A stretch of DNA of 63,176 nt, filler included. It is 3 parts of 3 records of this genome, joined end to end, with 100 filler letters (N's around TTAATTAATTAA, not from the genome) between each part and the next. Parts side by side here need not be neighbours in the genome. Positions count along the whole stretch, not along the records: positions 27,076 to 55,520 come from SRR2962707_775; 2 more parts are not named here. One strand, written 5' to 3'. Position numbers and translations under genes: made by a program. Under the pieces are notes generated by a model that had not been told where the DNA came from, did not search any database, and was given only the letters and a program-made list of their open reading frames with translations. Of this stretch, positions 28,082 through 37,588 are shown piece after piece. Each line of letters begins with the position of its first letter. The stretch's first letter is position 1.

Positions 28082-28950
28082 GTGTCACGTCCTTCCAAGT
28101 CCGTTTCGCTCCAGCCCAGAAACGCAACCGCCGGCTGGGCTTCATTGGCCAAAAGCTCGGCAAAACTTGGCGTCGCCCCGTCAGCCGCGCCAAGCGCCAT
28201 CACGTTGCCCAGAAATCCGGGAGTTCCGTTGCCATGGGCATAGAGTTGATCCCAGGTGCTCCGCTTGGTGATTTCAGCCATGTCACCGGCCATAATCAGC
28301 GCCCACATTTCGTGATCCCACTCGGCCTCAGCTGTGGTCTCCAGCATACGCGGGCTGCCAACGGCATTTGACATGTGCCCCGTGCCAATGATCGCAACTC
28401 GCAGATCGTTGTCCCACTCTGCGATCACCTTGCGCACCACCTTCCCAACTTGGGCATAGCGCCAACCCGGTGGCACCGGAGGGGCCAGCAGGTTGATAAA
28501 CAGCGGCACGACCGGCAGGTCATGTTCGGGGCGCAGGAAGTTCAGTGGGATGGTGAACGAGTGATCGGCGATGAATTCATCCGAAAAGGCAAAGTCGACA
28601 CCCTCGTTCAGCCCGGCCCGCAAAATATGGCGTGCTAAGTCTCCTTGGATCGGCAGGTCCACAGGTTCAAGTCCCCATGCATCTTGTTCGTCTTGCAGGG
28701 GGCCGACCAGCCGCGTGGCTTTGCCGACCATGAACTGTGGCATGTTGTTCATGAACCACTGGCCGAAGTGATCGCTACCAATACAGACAAGAACATCGGG
28801 CCGCGCGGCGGTGAGCATGTCGCGCAAGACAGCGAAGTGTTCGAGCCCCGCCACCGCGCCCGGCTGGGCCTTGCCCAACGGTACAAGACGGGCCGCGATC
28901 GGTAAGGTCGGATCGTGCGGCGCCGAAATCAAAGAGACAATTTTAGCCAT
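28078..28950 (-). CDS. LigB-family extradiol ring-cleavage dioxygenase large subunit (atypical active-site motifs)
   Basis: MAKIV...APHDP, RPDVLVCIGSDHF, DHSFTIPL, PVVPLFIN, RVAIIGTG motifs. Start trimmed to the ATG at 28950. Confidence 0.8.
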   Translation of the reverse strand: MAKIVSLISAPHDPTLPIAARLVPLGKAQPGAVAGLEHFAVLRDMLTAARPDVLVCIGSDHFGQWFMNNMPQFMVGKATRLVGPLQDEQDAWGLEPVDLPIQGDLARHILRAGLNEGVDFAFSDEFIADHSFTIPLNFLRPEHDLPVVPLFINLLAPPVPPGWRYAQVGKVVRKVIAEWDNDLRVAIIGTGHMSNAVGSPRMLETTAEAEWDHEMWALIMAGDMAEITKRSTWDQLYAHGNGTPGFLGNVMALGAADGATPSFAELLANEAQPAVAFLGWSETDLEGRDT

Positions 28951-28961
28951 GGGATATCCTG

Positions 28962-29621
28962 TCAGAGATACATGCGCGCGGCTTTCAAGACAGAACCGGC
29001 GCGCTCGTAAACGCAAATCGACGGACGTCCTGAAGGCATATAGGCTTCGACGACGCAGGTTTTGCCATCATCTGTCACGCGGCAGTACTTGATCCGAATG
29101 CCGCCATCGACGAGCATTTTTTCGAAGTCCTCGCGCAGTTCGTCATGGCCCAGATGGACGCTGCCATTTGAATGCTGAAAATATCCATCCTCAGCGAAAT
29201 GGGCTAAGATGTCGTCGATCTTGTTCTGCCCGAGCACCTGAAAATATGGATAAAGCACATCGTCTTCATTGCGCCATGGATGCAAGCCCGGCACCGGCTC
29301 ATGTATCGGGCCGCGATCCTCGACAAGGTGATGATCCGAATAGACATAGGCGGTTGGCCCGGCCGGTGAAGCGGGATCAAACACGAAAGCGATCGGCAGG
29401 AAATCATCGCCGGTCGCGTCCTTGTAGCAGCGAAGCTCGACAACACGTCGGCCCTCGGACTCAGTTGTGTTCAACTGTTCAATGCGCCCCCAGCTATCAC
29501 CCGGCCACAACATCGAACCATCCTTAAATGCCGCTGCCGAAATTTCGCCCGAGAACGGGTCGTTGATCACAGATTGTCTAAGCAGCTCACGCTGCAAGTT
29601 TTCAAGCATCTCAGTCGTCAT
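28962..29621 (-). CDS. SnoaL/NTF2-like fold protein (probably two tandem NTF2-like domains)
   Basis: 219 aa from the ATG at 29621 with RBS AAAGGA. YFQVL...IDDILAHFAEDG...HLGHDELREDF is a SnoaL-like signature. Confidence 0.65.
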   Translation of the reverse strand: MTTEMLENLQRELLRQSVINDPFSGEISAAAFKDGSMLWPGDSWGRIEQLNTTESEGRRVVELRCYKDATGDDFLPIAFVFDPASPAGPTAYVYSDHHLVEDRGPIHEPVPGLHPWRNEDDVLYPYFQVLGQNKIDDILAHFAEDGYFQHSNGSVHLGHDELREDFEKMLVDGGIRIKYCRVTDDGKTCVVEAYMPSGRPSICVYERAGSVLKAARMYL

Positions 29622-29741
29622 TGGTTGTCCTTTCTTGACGTATTTTTGGGGCTGCCGGTCAATGACCGGTGCCGCCGCAAAAATCTTCAAATGAATTTCA
29701 CTTTCGTCACCATAGGCATTGACCAATGCCAAGTAAACCTT

Positions 29742-29761
29742 ATTTGTACGGTCGACCAAAT
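29742..29761. promoter_or_regulatory. Putative TetR operator, copy 1 (ATTTGTACGGTCGACCAAAT)
   Basis: 20-bp near-palindrome between the divergent snoaL-ligB-ligA and GST genes; related copies at 33173, 35674 and 54283. Confidence 0.7.
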
Positions 29762-29796
29762 AATAATTTGAAACTCTTCTGTGAAAGGATATGCAC

Positions 29797-30426
29797 ATGA
29801 AATTATATGATTTTCCGGGGTCTTGCTCGATCGGCATCCATGCGATTCTTGAAGAATCTGGCGCGTCATATGAAATTGAGGTGGTTGATCTAGCGTCGTT
29901 TGCCCAACAGTCAGTCGACTACAAATCGCTCAATCCGAAAGGCAAAGTGCCCGCGCTATTGCGCGATGACGCCACCCTGTTGACAGAGTTCCCAGCCATC
30001 GCGTTTTGGTTGGCCAAGACCTATCCAGAAGCCGGTCTGATCGGCGCCACCCTAGAGGACGAAACCCGCGCGCTGGAACTGCTGGATTACATCGTCGGGT
30101 CTGTTCATATGCGCGGGATCACCTTTGTGATCATGCCAATGAAATTCCTGCCAGACGACGAAAAAAACCAAGAGGCGCTGCGCGAATTCGGGCGAAATCA
30201 GGTTAGAGTAGGGCTGGCAAACCTCAGCAAAACGCTGGGTGACAAACCCTATCTTCTGGGTGATTTCAGCATCGCTGATGCAGGGCTTTTCTATCTTCTG
30301 CGCATGGCGAGAGAGAGTGGCATTGACCTGCCAGAAAACTTGGGCGCCTGCCTTGAGCGCGTGTCCAACCGTCCGGCATTTGCCAGAGCGTTGTCCCGTT
30401 TTGAGGCCATGCGCGCCCGCCGCTAG
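29797..30426 (+). CDS. Glutathione S-transferase, beta-class-like
   Basis: MKLYDFPGSCS..HAILEE, NPKGKVPAL, LTEFPAI, GDFSIAD; RBS AAAGGA 7 nt upstream of the ATG at 29797. Confidence 0.9.
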   Translation: MKLYDFPGSCSIGIHAILEESGASYEIEVVDLASFAQQSVDYKSLNPKGKVPALLRDDATLLTEFPAIAFWLAKTYPEAGLIGATLEDETRALELLDYIVGSVHMRGITFVIMPMKFLPDDEKNQEALREFGRNQVRVGLANLSKTLGDKPYLLGDFSIADAGLFYLLRMARESGIDLPENLGACLERVSNRPAFARALSRFEAMRARR

Positions 30427-31208
30427 CTGCCGTCCGTCACCAGCGTGCCGCCGTCGATAACCAGTGTCTGCCCCGTCATGAACGCGCCGCCAGGCGAGGC
30501 CAGAAAGAGCGCGGCGGCGGCGACTTCCTGCGGCTGGCCAACGCGACGCAGGGGCGTGGCCTGCAAGCGGCGCTGCATAAAGTCTGGCGCGTCCATCAAG
30601 GCCTTCGCGAAGGGTGTCTCAATAAGCCCCGGTGCAATGGCGTTGGCCCGGATGCCATCTGGACCAAGCTCGACGGCAAGGTTGCGCGCCATCTGCGCGA
30701 GTGCGGCTTTCGACATGGCGTAGGGCCCGATCATTGCATTGCCGCGCATGGCGGACAGGCTGGACATCAAGATGATCGAACCGCCCCCCTGTGCCGCCAT
30801 CGCGCCTTTGCAGGCCGATGCCAGCCAATATGCCGAGTGCAGATTTATCTCGAAAACACGTCTGTAAGCATCTTCTTCGGCTGCGCCAGTCAGCCCAACG
30901 GGGCCTTCGATGCCGGCGTTCGAGACCAAAATATCCACCGAGCCTTCTAGTGCGATCTCAGTTTTGGCCACCAGCGCTTCGGCCGCCGAGCGATCGCTCA
31001 GTCTATGGTGGATCGCGTGTGCGCCGACGCAGGAGAAATCCGCCACATCATCGGCGCGGTCAGAGCAGGTCATCACCTTTGCGCCAGCGCCCGTAAGCGC
31101 CTGAACAATAGCCAGCCCTATGCCGGATGTGCCCCCCGTCACCAATGCGCGTTTGCCGTCAAGCGCAAAAAGTTCATTGATGCTACTTGATGTGTTGCCG
31201 TGGTTCAT
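30423..31208 (-). CDS. Short-chain dehydrogenase/reductase (SDR)
   Basis: TGGTSGIG, NAG, YAMSK, NAIAPG motifs; its stop overlaps the convergent GST stop (CTAG). Confidence 0.92.
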   Translation of the reverse strand: MNHGNTSSSINELFALDGKRALVTGGTSGIGLAIVQALTGAGAKVMTCSDRADDVADFSCVGAHAIHHRLSDRSAAEALVAKTEIALEGSVDILVSNAGIEGPVGLTGAAEEDAYRRVFEINLHSAYWLASACKGAMAAQGGGSIILMSSLSAMRGNAMIGPYAMSKAALAQMARNLAVELGPDGIRANAIAPGLIETPFAKALMDAPDFMQRRLQATPLRRVGQPQEVAAAALFLASPGGAFMTGQTLVIDGGTLVTDGS

Positions 31209-31255
31209 GACCTATTTTCCTTCGTGACTTAGCATTTCATCGGTCGTGGCCGGCG

Positions 31256-32218
31256 CTAGGCCTTGACCACCCGTTGTGCGATCGCGCCAAAGATGGGACT
31301 GCCATCAGCCTGCACACATTCCATGCGCACGTCATCGCCGAATGACATGAACGGCGTCTTTGCTTCGCCCTCATCCAGCGCTTCAATCCCGCGACGCTCT
31401 GCGATACAGGCGGATCCGACCTCCCGGAAATTCGCATTCGACACGGTGCCTGATCCGATCACTGTCCCTGCCGGCAAATGGCGCGAATAGGCCGCATGAG
31501 TCACAAGATCATCAAAGCCAAACGCCATGTGATACCCGTTAGGTGTGCCAAAATCCTCTCCATTCCACGACACGTTCAATGGCAGATCGACCCGTGCATC
31601 GCGCCATGCCTTACCCAGTTCATCTGGGGTGACAGCAACGGGAGCCATAGAGCAAACGGGCTTGGCTTGAATCCAACCAAAACCTGTTTTCATCTCAATT
31701 GGGCCAAGTTTACGCAGCGACCAGTCATTGATCTGCACAACAAGGGCAATGTGGTCTTGTGCGTTGTCTTTGGTACCCATGGGCGTGGCCTTGCAGATCA
31801 CGCCAAACTCGCCTTCAAAATCGATGCCATCGTCTTCACTGGGTAACTTTGTCACTTCGCAGGGGGCCTGAAAACGATCGGAAAGACCCTGATACATCAA
31901 AGGTCGCCCCGTTTTTTCAAGCGGTTCAAGGCCGAACACAGCCTGCAGCAATTCACCATGGCTTTCATAAACCGACCCATCCAGCCACTGCCAAGATCGC
32001 GGCAACGGTGCAAGTGCTGAGGTGCCATCAAACGGCGCCCCGCCACCTGTATTGAGCGCATCATATTCGCGCTGCAAATCCGCGTTCAGGTCATCCCACG
32101 CATCCAACGCCTCTTGCAAAGTTGTGGCTGATTGGCAAGGGGTGCAGCGGCCATTGTCACGGCTGATTAGGTGTAAACGGCCATCTGGTGTGCCATTGGG
32201 CAATGTGGCAAATCTCAA
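31256..32218 (-). CDS. Fumarylacetoacetate hydrolase family protein
   Basis: DFEGE, NDWSLR, GFGWIQAKP, GTVIGSGTVS motifs; TTG start overlaps the upstream stop. Confidence 0.9.
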   Translation of the reverse strand: MRFATLPNGTPDGRLHLISRDNGRCTPCQSATTLQEALDAWDDLNADLQREYDALNTGGGAPFDGTSALAPLPRSWQWLDGSVYESHGELLQAVFGLEPLEKTGRPLMYQGLSDRFQAPCEVTKLPSEDDGIDFEGEFGVICKATPMGTKDNAQDHIALVVQINDWSLRKLGPIEMKTGFGWIQAKPVCSMAPVAVTPDELGKAWRDARVDLPLNVSWNGEDFGTPNGYHMAFGFDDLVTHAAYSRHLPAGTVIGSGTVSNANFREVGSACIAERRGIEALDEGEAKTPFMSFGDDVRMECVQADGSPIFGAIAQRVVKA

Positions 32219-33153
32219 CGGGAAGTCTCCTCAATCATGGCGTTTTGAACAAGCGCGTCGGCATCCGCATCGCGGATGAACCCAAGGCGGTCAGCGGTTT
32301 CAGTGGTCAGGCGCGGATAGCTGCCAAAAAGCGCCACGATCTCAGGGTCAGGCACAAACATTATTTTTGACGGGCTTGCGGGAAAACGGCGTTTGACGGC
32401 GTCCACCAGCTCACCAAAGGTGAGCGCGAGAGCCGGAAGCGTGAAAGCCCGCGTCGGTCCGACTTCAGGCAACAAGGCGGCATGGACAAAATTCTGAGCG
32501 ACATTTCCCACCGAGGCGATCCATGTGCGACTGTTTTCTGCGACGGGCAATATGATGTCTTCGCCGCGTCTCACACACCAGAACAATCGCGACATAAAGG
32601 CCGTCTTCAGCGCAGCATCCGCCCCGTCGCGCGCCATCACGCCGGAGGGCCGCAAAGACACCGCATCAAGCCAGCCCTTTGCTGCAAAGTTTGACAAAGC
32701 CACTTCCATCATCAGTTTTTGGGCACCGTAAACCATCGTGGGCCCAAGGGGCGTGGCGTCGGTGACTGGATCGGGCAGTGGCTTGGAATAAGCTGCGATC
32801 GTTGAGGCAAATACGAAGCGGGTGGCCGGGGCGCTGTCACGCAAATGTTCGATCAGATCCAACGTGGCGTCGACATTCACGCGCCGCGCCAAGGCATAGT
32901 CAGCCTCGGCCGCCCCGCCCAAAATTGCTGCGAGAAATATGATCGCGTCGGCACCATCGAAAGCCGCGCCACGAACCGCCGGATCAGAAAAATCCCCGAC
33001 AAGGGCTTCGACATTGGTGGCACCTTGTTGGAGGGCATTTGGCAGCAACACACGATCAACCAGCGCGATTTGGTCAATTCCCTCAGTTTTGCATAGGATA
33101 TCGGTCACCTGCGTTCCGACAAATCCACCAGCTCCGACCACTGCAATCTTCAT
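32215..33153 (-). CDS. NAD-dependent epimerase/dehydratase family (extended SDR, D-erythronate dehydrogenase-like)
   Basis: GAGGFVG, VN..AT, FASTIA, YGAQK motifs; start trimmed to the ATG at 33153. Confidence 0.85.
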   Translation of the reverse strand: MKIAVVGAGGFVGTQVTDILCKTEGIDQIALVDRVLLPNALQQGATNVEALVGDFSDPAVRGAAFDGADAIIFLAAILGGAAEADYALARRVNVDATLDLIEHLRDSAPATRFVFASTIAAYSKPLPDPVTDATPLGPTMVYGAQKLMMEVALSNFAAKGWLDAVSLRPSGVMARDGADAALKTAFMSRLFWCVRRGEDIILPVAENSRTWIASVGNVAQNFVHAALLPEVGPTRAFTLPALALTFGELVDAVKRRFPASPSKIMFVPDPEIVALFGSYPRLTTETADRLGFIRDADADALVQNAMIEETSR

Positions 33154-33172
33154 ACTTTTCCTCAGACAATTT

Positions 33173-33192
33173 ATTTGGTTGATCGACCAACC
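33173..33192. promoter_or_regulatory. Putative TetR operator, copy 2 (ATTTGGTTGATCGACCAACC)
   Basis: 20 nt upstream of the epimerase start, in the divergent epimerase/hydrolase intergenic region. Confidence 0.7.
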
Positions 33193-33316
33193 AATAATAG
33201 AATATACCGCATTCGGCAAGGGCTACCATTCTTTGGAAAGGCCGCGTTTCCGGGCAGCGTGATGTCAAAGATCAAATTGGCCGCATTGGGCAGACTGAAC
33301 ATTAAGGAGAAACATT

Positions 33317-34477
33317 ATGTGGGAACCATTCGCAGGCAATTATATCTGGAATCTGGGAACCAACCTGAACCTGATGTGTGGCGGTAATATCGGCGAAGTC
33401 ACTGCCGCCTGCGCCCCTATCTTTGAGGCCGCGAAAGCCGGTGACGACGCGGGCACCGCACTTTACTTTGACAGTTGGATCGATATGGCGAGCAAAGTTA
33501 TTGCCTCTGCCGACGCGGATTTGGCCAAACGGCGCAAGCTTTCAGCCGGGATCAAATATCAACGTGCTGCCAACTATTTATTGACTGCCGAACGGATGCA
33601 GGCACGCGATTACGAACCCCGTCGCAAAGCTTATAACGACGGGCTGGCCTATTTCAAAAAAGGCGTGGAGTTACAGGGTTTAAACGTGGAATTCGTCAAA
33701 ATCCCCTACGAAGGTGGGTTCTATACAGCACTGTTCGTGCCTGCGGACAGCGTTGTTGATGGCCCGGCTCCTTGTGTGGTGTCGTGCAACGGGCTCGACA
33801 GTATGAAAGAGCAGATATTTGGTGCAGGCAACCCCGAGGCCAATCGCATTCGAGGCGTCTCTACCTTGGTGATCGACCAGCCGGGCACCGGCGAGGCGTT
33901 ACGAAATCTCGGACTTGCGGGCCGCTATGATGCCGAAGCTTGGGGATCGGCGGCTTATGATTATCTGCTGACCCGTGATGATGTTGATCATGATCGCATC
34001 GGCATGTTTGGGCTGTCCTTGGGCGGGTATTTCGCGCCGCGCATCGCCTCGATGGACCCACGATTCAAGCTGTGTTGCGTGATGGGCGCCAACCACAATT
34101 GGGGCGAGATGCAAGAGCGACGCCGCCATCGCGAAGGTGACAATCCGGTCCCCCACTATTGGGATCACGTGATGTGGGTGTTCGGCAAGAACACCGTCGG
34201 AGACTTCATGGACTGGGCGCCGAACATGGATCTCACGCCGGTGATCGCTAACATGACCTGCCCGTTCTTTATCATGCACGGCGGAGGTGACCGTCAGATT
34301 CCGGTGGAATACGCCGAACAGTCGCGCGACCAAGCGGTAAACGCGGCCAAGGTGGACTATTTCATCACAGGCCCAGAGCATTTCGAAGTGGAACATTGTG
34401 GCGCCGACAACGGCACCTTTATGCGTGACATGTTGGCTGACTGGATGGCAGAAACCTTTGAGGAGATGAAAGCATGA
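33317..34477 (+). CDS. Alpha/beta hydrolase, 2,6-dihydroxypseudooxynicotine hydrolase-like (possible C-C hydrolase)
   Basis: NGLDSMKE, DQPGTGEA, nucleophile elbow GLSLGG, HGGGD, EHC; RBS AAGGAG. Confidence 0.8.
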   Translation: MWEPFAGNYIWNLGTNLNLMCGGNIGEVTAACAPIFEAAKAGDDAGTALYFDSWIDMASKVIASADADLAKRRKLSAGIKYQRAANYLLTAERMQARDYEPRRKAYNDGLAYFKKGVELQGLNVEFVKIPYEGGFYTALFVPADSVVDGPAPCVVSCNGLDSMKEQIFGAGNPEANRIRGVSTLVIDQPGTGEALRNLGLAGRYDAEAWGSAAYDYLLTRDDVDHDRIGMFGLSLGGYFAPRIASMDPRFKLCCVMGANHNWGEMQERRRHREGDNPVPHYWDHVMWVFGKNTVGDFMDWAPNMDLTPVIANMTCPFFIMHGGGDRQIPVEYAEQSRDQAVNAAKVDYFITGPEHFEVEHCGADNGTFMRDMLADWMAETFEEMKA

Positions 34478-35493
34478 GCAAGGCGAACAACCCGCTTATC
34501 GGATTTCAAGTGGACCCTTCCGATCTGTCCTTTGTTGGTCATGATTTGGAACGCCCCGAGTGCATTCTGGCCGAACGCAACGGCACGCTCTGGAGCGCCG
34601 ATGGGCGCGGTGGGGTGATGCGGATCGATCCAGACGGGACACAAGAGTTGATCTTGCAACAAGGTCAACAGATGAACACCGCCACCTCGTTCGAAGACCG
34701 TCTTGTCAACACCGTTGGCAGCCTACCCAACGGGCTGACCTTTGACTCAAATGGCGACTTTTTGATCGCAAACTTTGGCACTGATCGGGTCGAACGGATG
34801 ACACGAACCGGCGAGACTTCGGTGATCATTGACAACGTTGACGGCAAGCCATTCGGAAAAGCGAACTTTGTCACACGTGACAGCAAAGGCCGACTTTGGC
34901 TGACGGTTACGACGACGATGAACCCTTGGACCGATCACGTGACGACCTGTTCGCGCGATGGATATATCGCACTCATCGACGAACGCGGCGCGCGCATTGT
35001 GGCGGACAACCTGTGCGGCACCAACGAGCTGCGCTTTGATCCCAAAGAAGAATGGCTCTATGTGGCCGAAACGACCAGCCGCAACGTCACACGGTTCCGC
35101 GTCGATGGCGATACGTTGACGGATCGCGAGATTTACGGCCCAAGTGATCTGGGCGGATTTAACGACGGGATTGCCTTTGATGCTTGCGGCAATCTGTGGA
35201 CGACGCTGGTCATGGCCGACCGTTTGGTGGCGATCACGCCAGAGGGCGATTTGCTGACCATTCTGGATGCTGGTGGCGATCCAAAGGCACTGGCTGAGCT
35301 GGACAGAGCTTGGCAAGAGCGCCGTGTAACGCCCGAACTGATGGGTGCATGCGGGGGAAGTGCCTGCCCCTGGATGGCCTCCCTGACCTTTGGAGGACCC
35401 GATCTGCGCACGATCTATCTAGGCAGCCTGCGTGGCACAAACATCCCATACTTCCAAAGCCCAACTGCAGGGCAGCCGTTGATTTACTGGTAA
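34474..35493 (+). CDS. SMP-30/gluconolactonase/LRE family beta-propeller
   Basis: LERPEC, PNGLTFD, TNELRF, NDGIAFDACGNLW, SLTFGGPDLRTIYL; ATGA overlap with the hydrolase. Confidence 0.88.
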   Translation: MSKANNPLIGFQVDPSDLSFVGHDLERPECILAERNGTLWSADGRGGVMRIDPDGTQELILQQGQQMNTATSFEDRLVNTVGSLPNGLTFDSNGDFLIANFGTDRVERMTRTGETSVIIDNVDGKPFGKANFVTRDSKGRLWLTVTTTMNPWTDHVTTCSRDGYIALIDERGARIVADNLCGTNELRFDPKEEWLYVAETTSRNVTRFRVDGDTLTDREIYGPSDLGGFNDGIAFDACGNLWTTLVMADRLVAITPEGDLLTILDAGGDPKALAELDRAWQERRVTPELMGACGGSACPWMASLTFGGPDLRTIYLGSLRGTNIPYFQSPTAGQPLIYW

Positions 35494-35673
35494 CCTAGCG
35501 GCCAGACATTTCAAAGCATAAGACAAGGGCCGCAATTCAGGAGGCCTTTTCATTTTGGTGCTTAGGTTTCAATGGGCACATCTGCGTGTCAGAGCGATTT
35601 TGTCCAACGGCTCAATTGAGAACAAAAAGTCAGATCACACCAATCATGCTTTCCCTTTTTTCCCAAGCTGTCT

Positions 35674-35693
35674 ATTTATACACTCGACCTAAT
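35674..35693. promoter_or_regulatory. Putative TetR operator, copy 3, degenerate (ATTTATACACTCGACCTAAT)
   Basis: Same 20-bp architecture, about 80 nt upstream of tetR (autoregulation position). Confidence 0.55.
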
Positions 35694-35771
35694 AGAACCA
35701 GAGCGTTCCTAAATATGGCGACGACCAGCCGTCTTAAACAATAAACGACAATCTGTCGGAGAGATTTACGA

Positions 35772-36419
35772 ATGACGGAAAAAGGCACCAAGCGCGCAAA
35801 CGGAAACCGAACCAAGCAAAAAATTCTGGACGCGGCCGAAGCGCTTTTTGGTACGCGTGGATTTGATGCGGTGTCCTTGCGCGATATAACCGAAAGTGCT
35901 GCTGTCACGCTGGCACTTGCCTCTTATCACTTCGGAACAAAAGAGCGACTGTTTGAAGCCGTTGTGGCGCGGCGGGCGGATGTACTGTGCAAACTGCGTC
36001 GTGAGCGGCTCGCTCAACTGTCATTCCCCTGCGCACCGCAAGAGATCCTCGACGCCTTCATGAGCCCCCTTTTCGAGCAAATTAAATCTGGTACAGATGA
36101 AGGCTGGGCCGCTTACTTGCGCGTTTTGGCCCGTTTGGGCGAGGACGAACGTTGGCTTGAAGTTTTGAGCCAATATTTTGATGAGGTCGCCCGCGAATTT
36201 ATTGCCGCTCTGCGCCAAAGTCGCCCCGAAACTGACACCGAACGCTTAGAGCGGGCCTTCCTTATGACGATCCAATTGATGTTGGTGACGGTGTCGCGGC
36301 AAAAGCGCCTGGACAGGCTAACCGATAGTCGCGCCAGCGCTGACGACCTGGAGGCAGCCTATACCAGCTTACTCAATTTTGTGTCGGCGGGCTTCGAAAA
36401 CCTCCCCTCTAAAGCATAA
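35772..36419 (+). CDS. TetR/AcrR family transcriptional regulator
   Basis: ILDAAEALF..RGFDAVSLRDI...A.VTLALASYHFGTKERLF helix-turn-helix. Confidence 0.95.
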   Translation: MTEKGTKRANGNRTKQKILDAAEALFGTRGFDAVSLRDITESAAVTLALASYHFGTKERLFEAVVARRADVLCKLRRERLAQLSFPCAPQEILDAFMSPLFEQIKSGTDEGWAAYLRVLARLGEDERWLEVLSQYFDEVAREFIAALRQSRPETDTERLERAFLMTIQLMLVTVSRQKRLDRLTDSRASADDLEAAYTSLLNFVSAGFENLPSKA

Positions 36420-36496
36420 CGGCTGTACGGACTTTTCAATCATTGGCATTGTCGCAAACACGATGACAGATGGGCGCGGGCATCAAACCTGCGGGT

Positions 36497-37534
36497 TTAT
36501 GCGCTGAGCGCAGCGCGTACATCTGGCGCGACTTGCTCACCCAATAAGGTAATCGACTTTTGCATCTGCGCTGTGTCCAGCATTGCGGTGCTCATCTGAA
36601 ATGTAATCCGAGATATTCCGCCCATCACCTTATTCGCGACGATCATTTTATCGCGCACAGTTTGCGGACTGCCGACAAGGAAGGCACCATCAGGGCCGCA
36701 CAAAGCATTGAACTGGGCACGGCTTGAAGGCGGGAAACCACGTTCGGATCCGATCCTGTTCATCACGCTTTCCCAACCGGGGTAAAACGAATTGCGGGCC
36801 TCTTCATCTGTTTCACCGACAAACCCCATTGCATGAATGGCGATTTTCAGATCCTCGCGCGGATGACCAGCACGTTGTCCAGCTTGGTAATACAGATCAA
36901 TTAATGGCCGGAACCGCGCAAAGCTGCCACCAATAATGGCGATCATCAAAGGCAATCCTAAGGTACCAGCCCGCACAAACGACTCTGGCGTGCCCCCGAC
37001 ACCCAGCCAGATTGGCAGTTTGTCCTGAACAGGGCGCGGATAAACACCTTGGCCGGTCAAGGCCGGGCGGAACTTACCTTCCCATGTCACATGGGTTTCT
37101 TCGCGCAATTGCATAAGAAGACCAAGCTTTTCAGCAAAAAGCGCGTCATAGTCTTCGCGCGCGAAGCCAAACAATGGATAGGCTTCAACGAAAGACCCTC
37201 GTCCCGCTACGATTTCAACACGTCCGTTCGAAATCAGATCAATTGTTGCAAAGTCCTGAAACACCCGCACTGGATCGGCGGCGCTCAGCACAGTGACAGC
37301 GCTGTTCAACCGGATATTTGTCGTGCGCGCCGCCGCCGCTGCCAGAATGATAGCCGGGGCCGCATCAAGAAATTCGGCGCGGTGATGCTCTCCGACTCCG
37401 AAAGCATCAAGGCCCACCCGGTCGGCAGTTTCGACCTCTGCTAGCAAGTCTGCCATCCTTTGGGACGCTGGCACAAAAGCCTGATCGCTGGTGTCAGGCA
37501 AAAAAGCCGCAAAGCTGTCAACACCGATTTCCAT
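36497..37534 (-). CDS. LLM-class (luciferase-like) flavin-dependent oxidoreductase
   Basis: FGVGEHH, SAVTVLSAADPVRVFQDFATIDLISNGRVEI.AGRGSF motifs. Confidence 0.92.
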   Translation of the reverse strand: MEIGVDSFAAFLPDTSDQAFVPASQRMADLLAEVETADRVGLDAFGVGEHHRAEFLDAAPAIILAAAAARTTNIRLNSAVTVLSAADPVRVFQDFATIDLISNGRVEIVAGRGSFVEAYPLFGFAREDYDALFAEKLGLLMQLREETHVTWEGKFRPALTGQGVYPRPVQDKLPIWLGVGGTPESFVRAGTLGLPLMIAIIGGSFARFRPLIDLYYQAGQRAGHPREDLKIAIHAMGFVGETDEEARNSFYPGWESVMNRIGSERGFPPSSRAQFNALCGPDGAFLVGSPQTVRDKMIVANKVMGGISRITFQMSTAMLDTAQMQKSITLLGEQVAPDVRAALSA

Positions 37535-37588
37535 GAGCCTCTCCTTTAGTTGTTTCGGGGCAGACCAACGCGATCTACCCCGCGCAGA

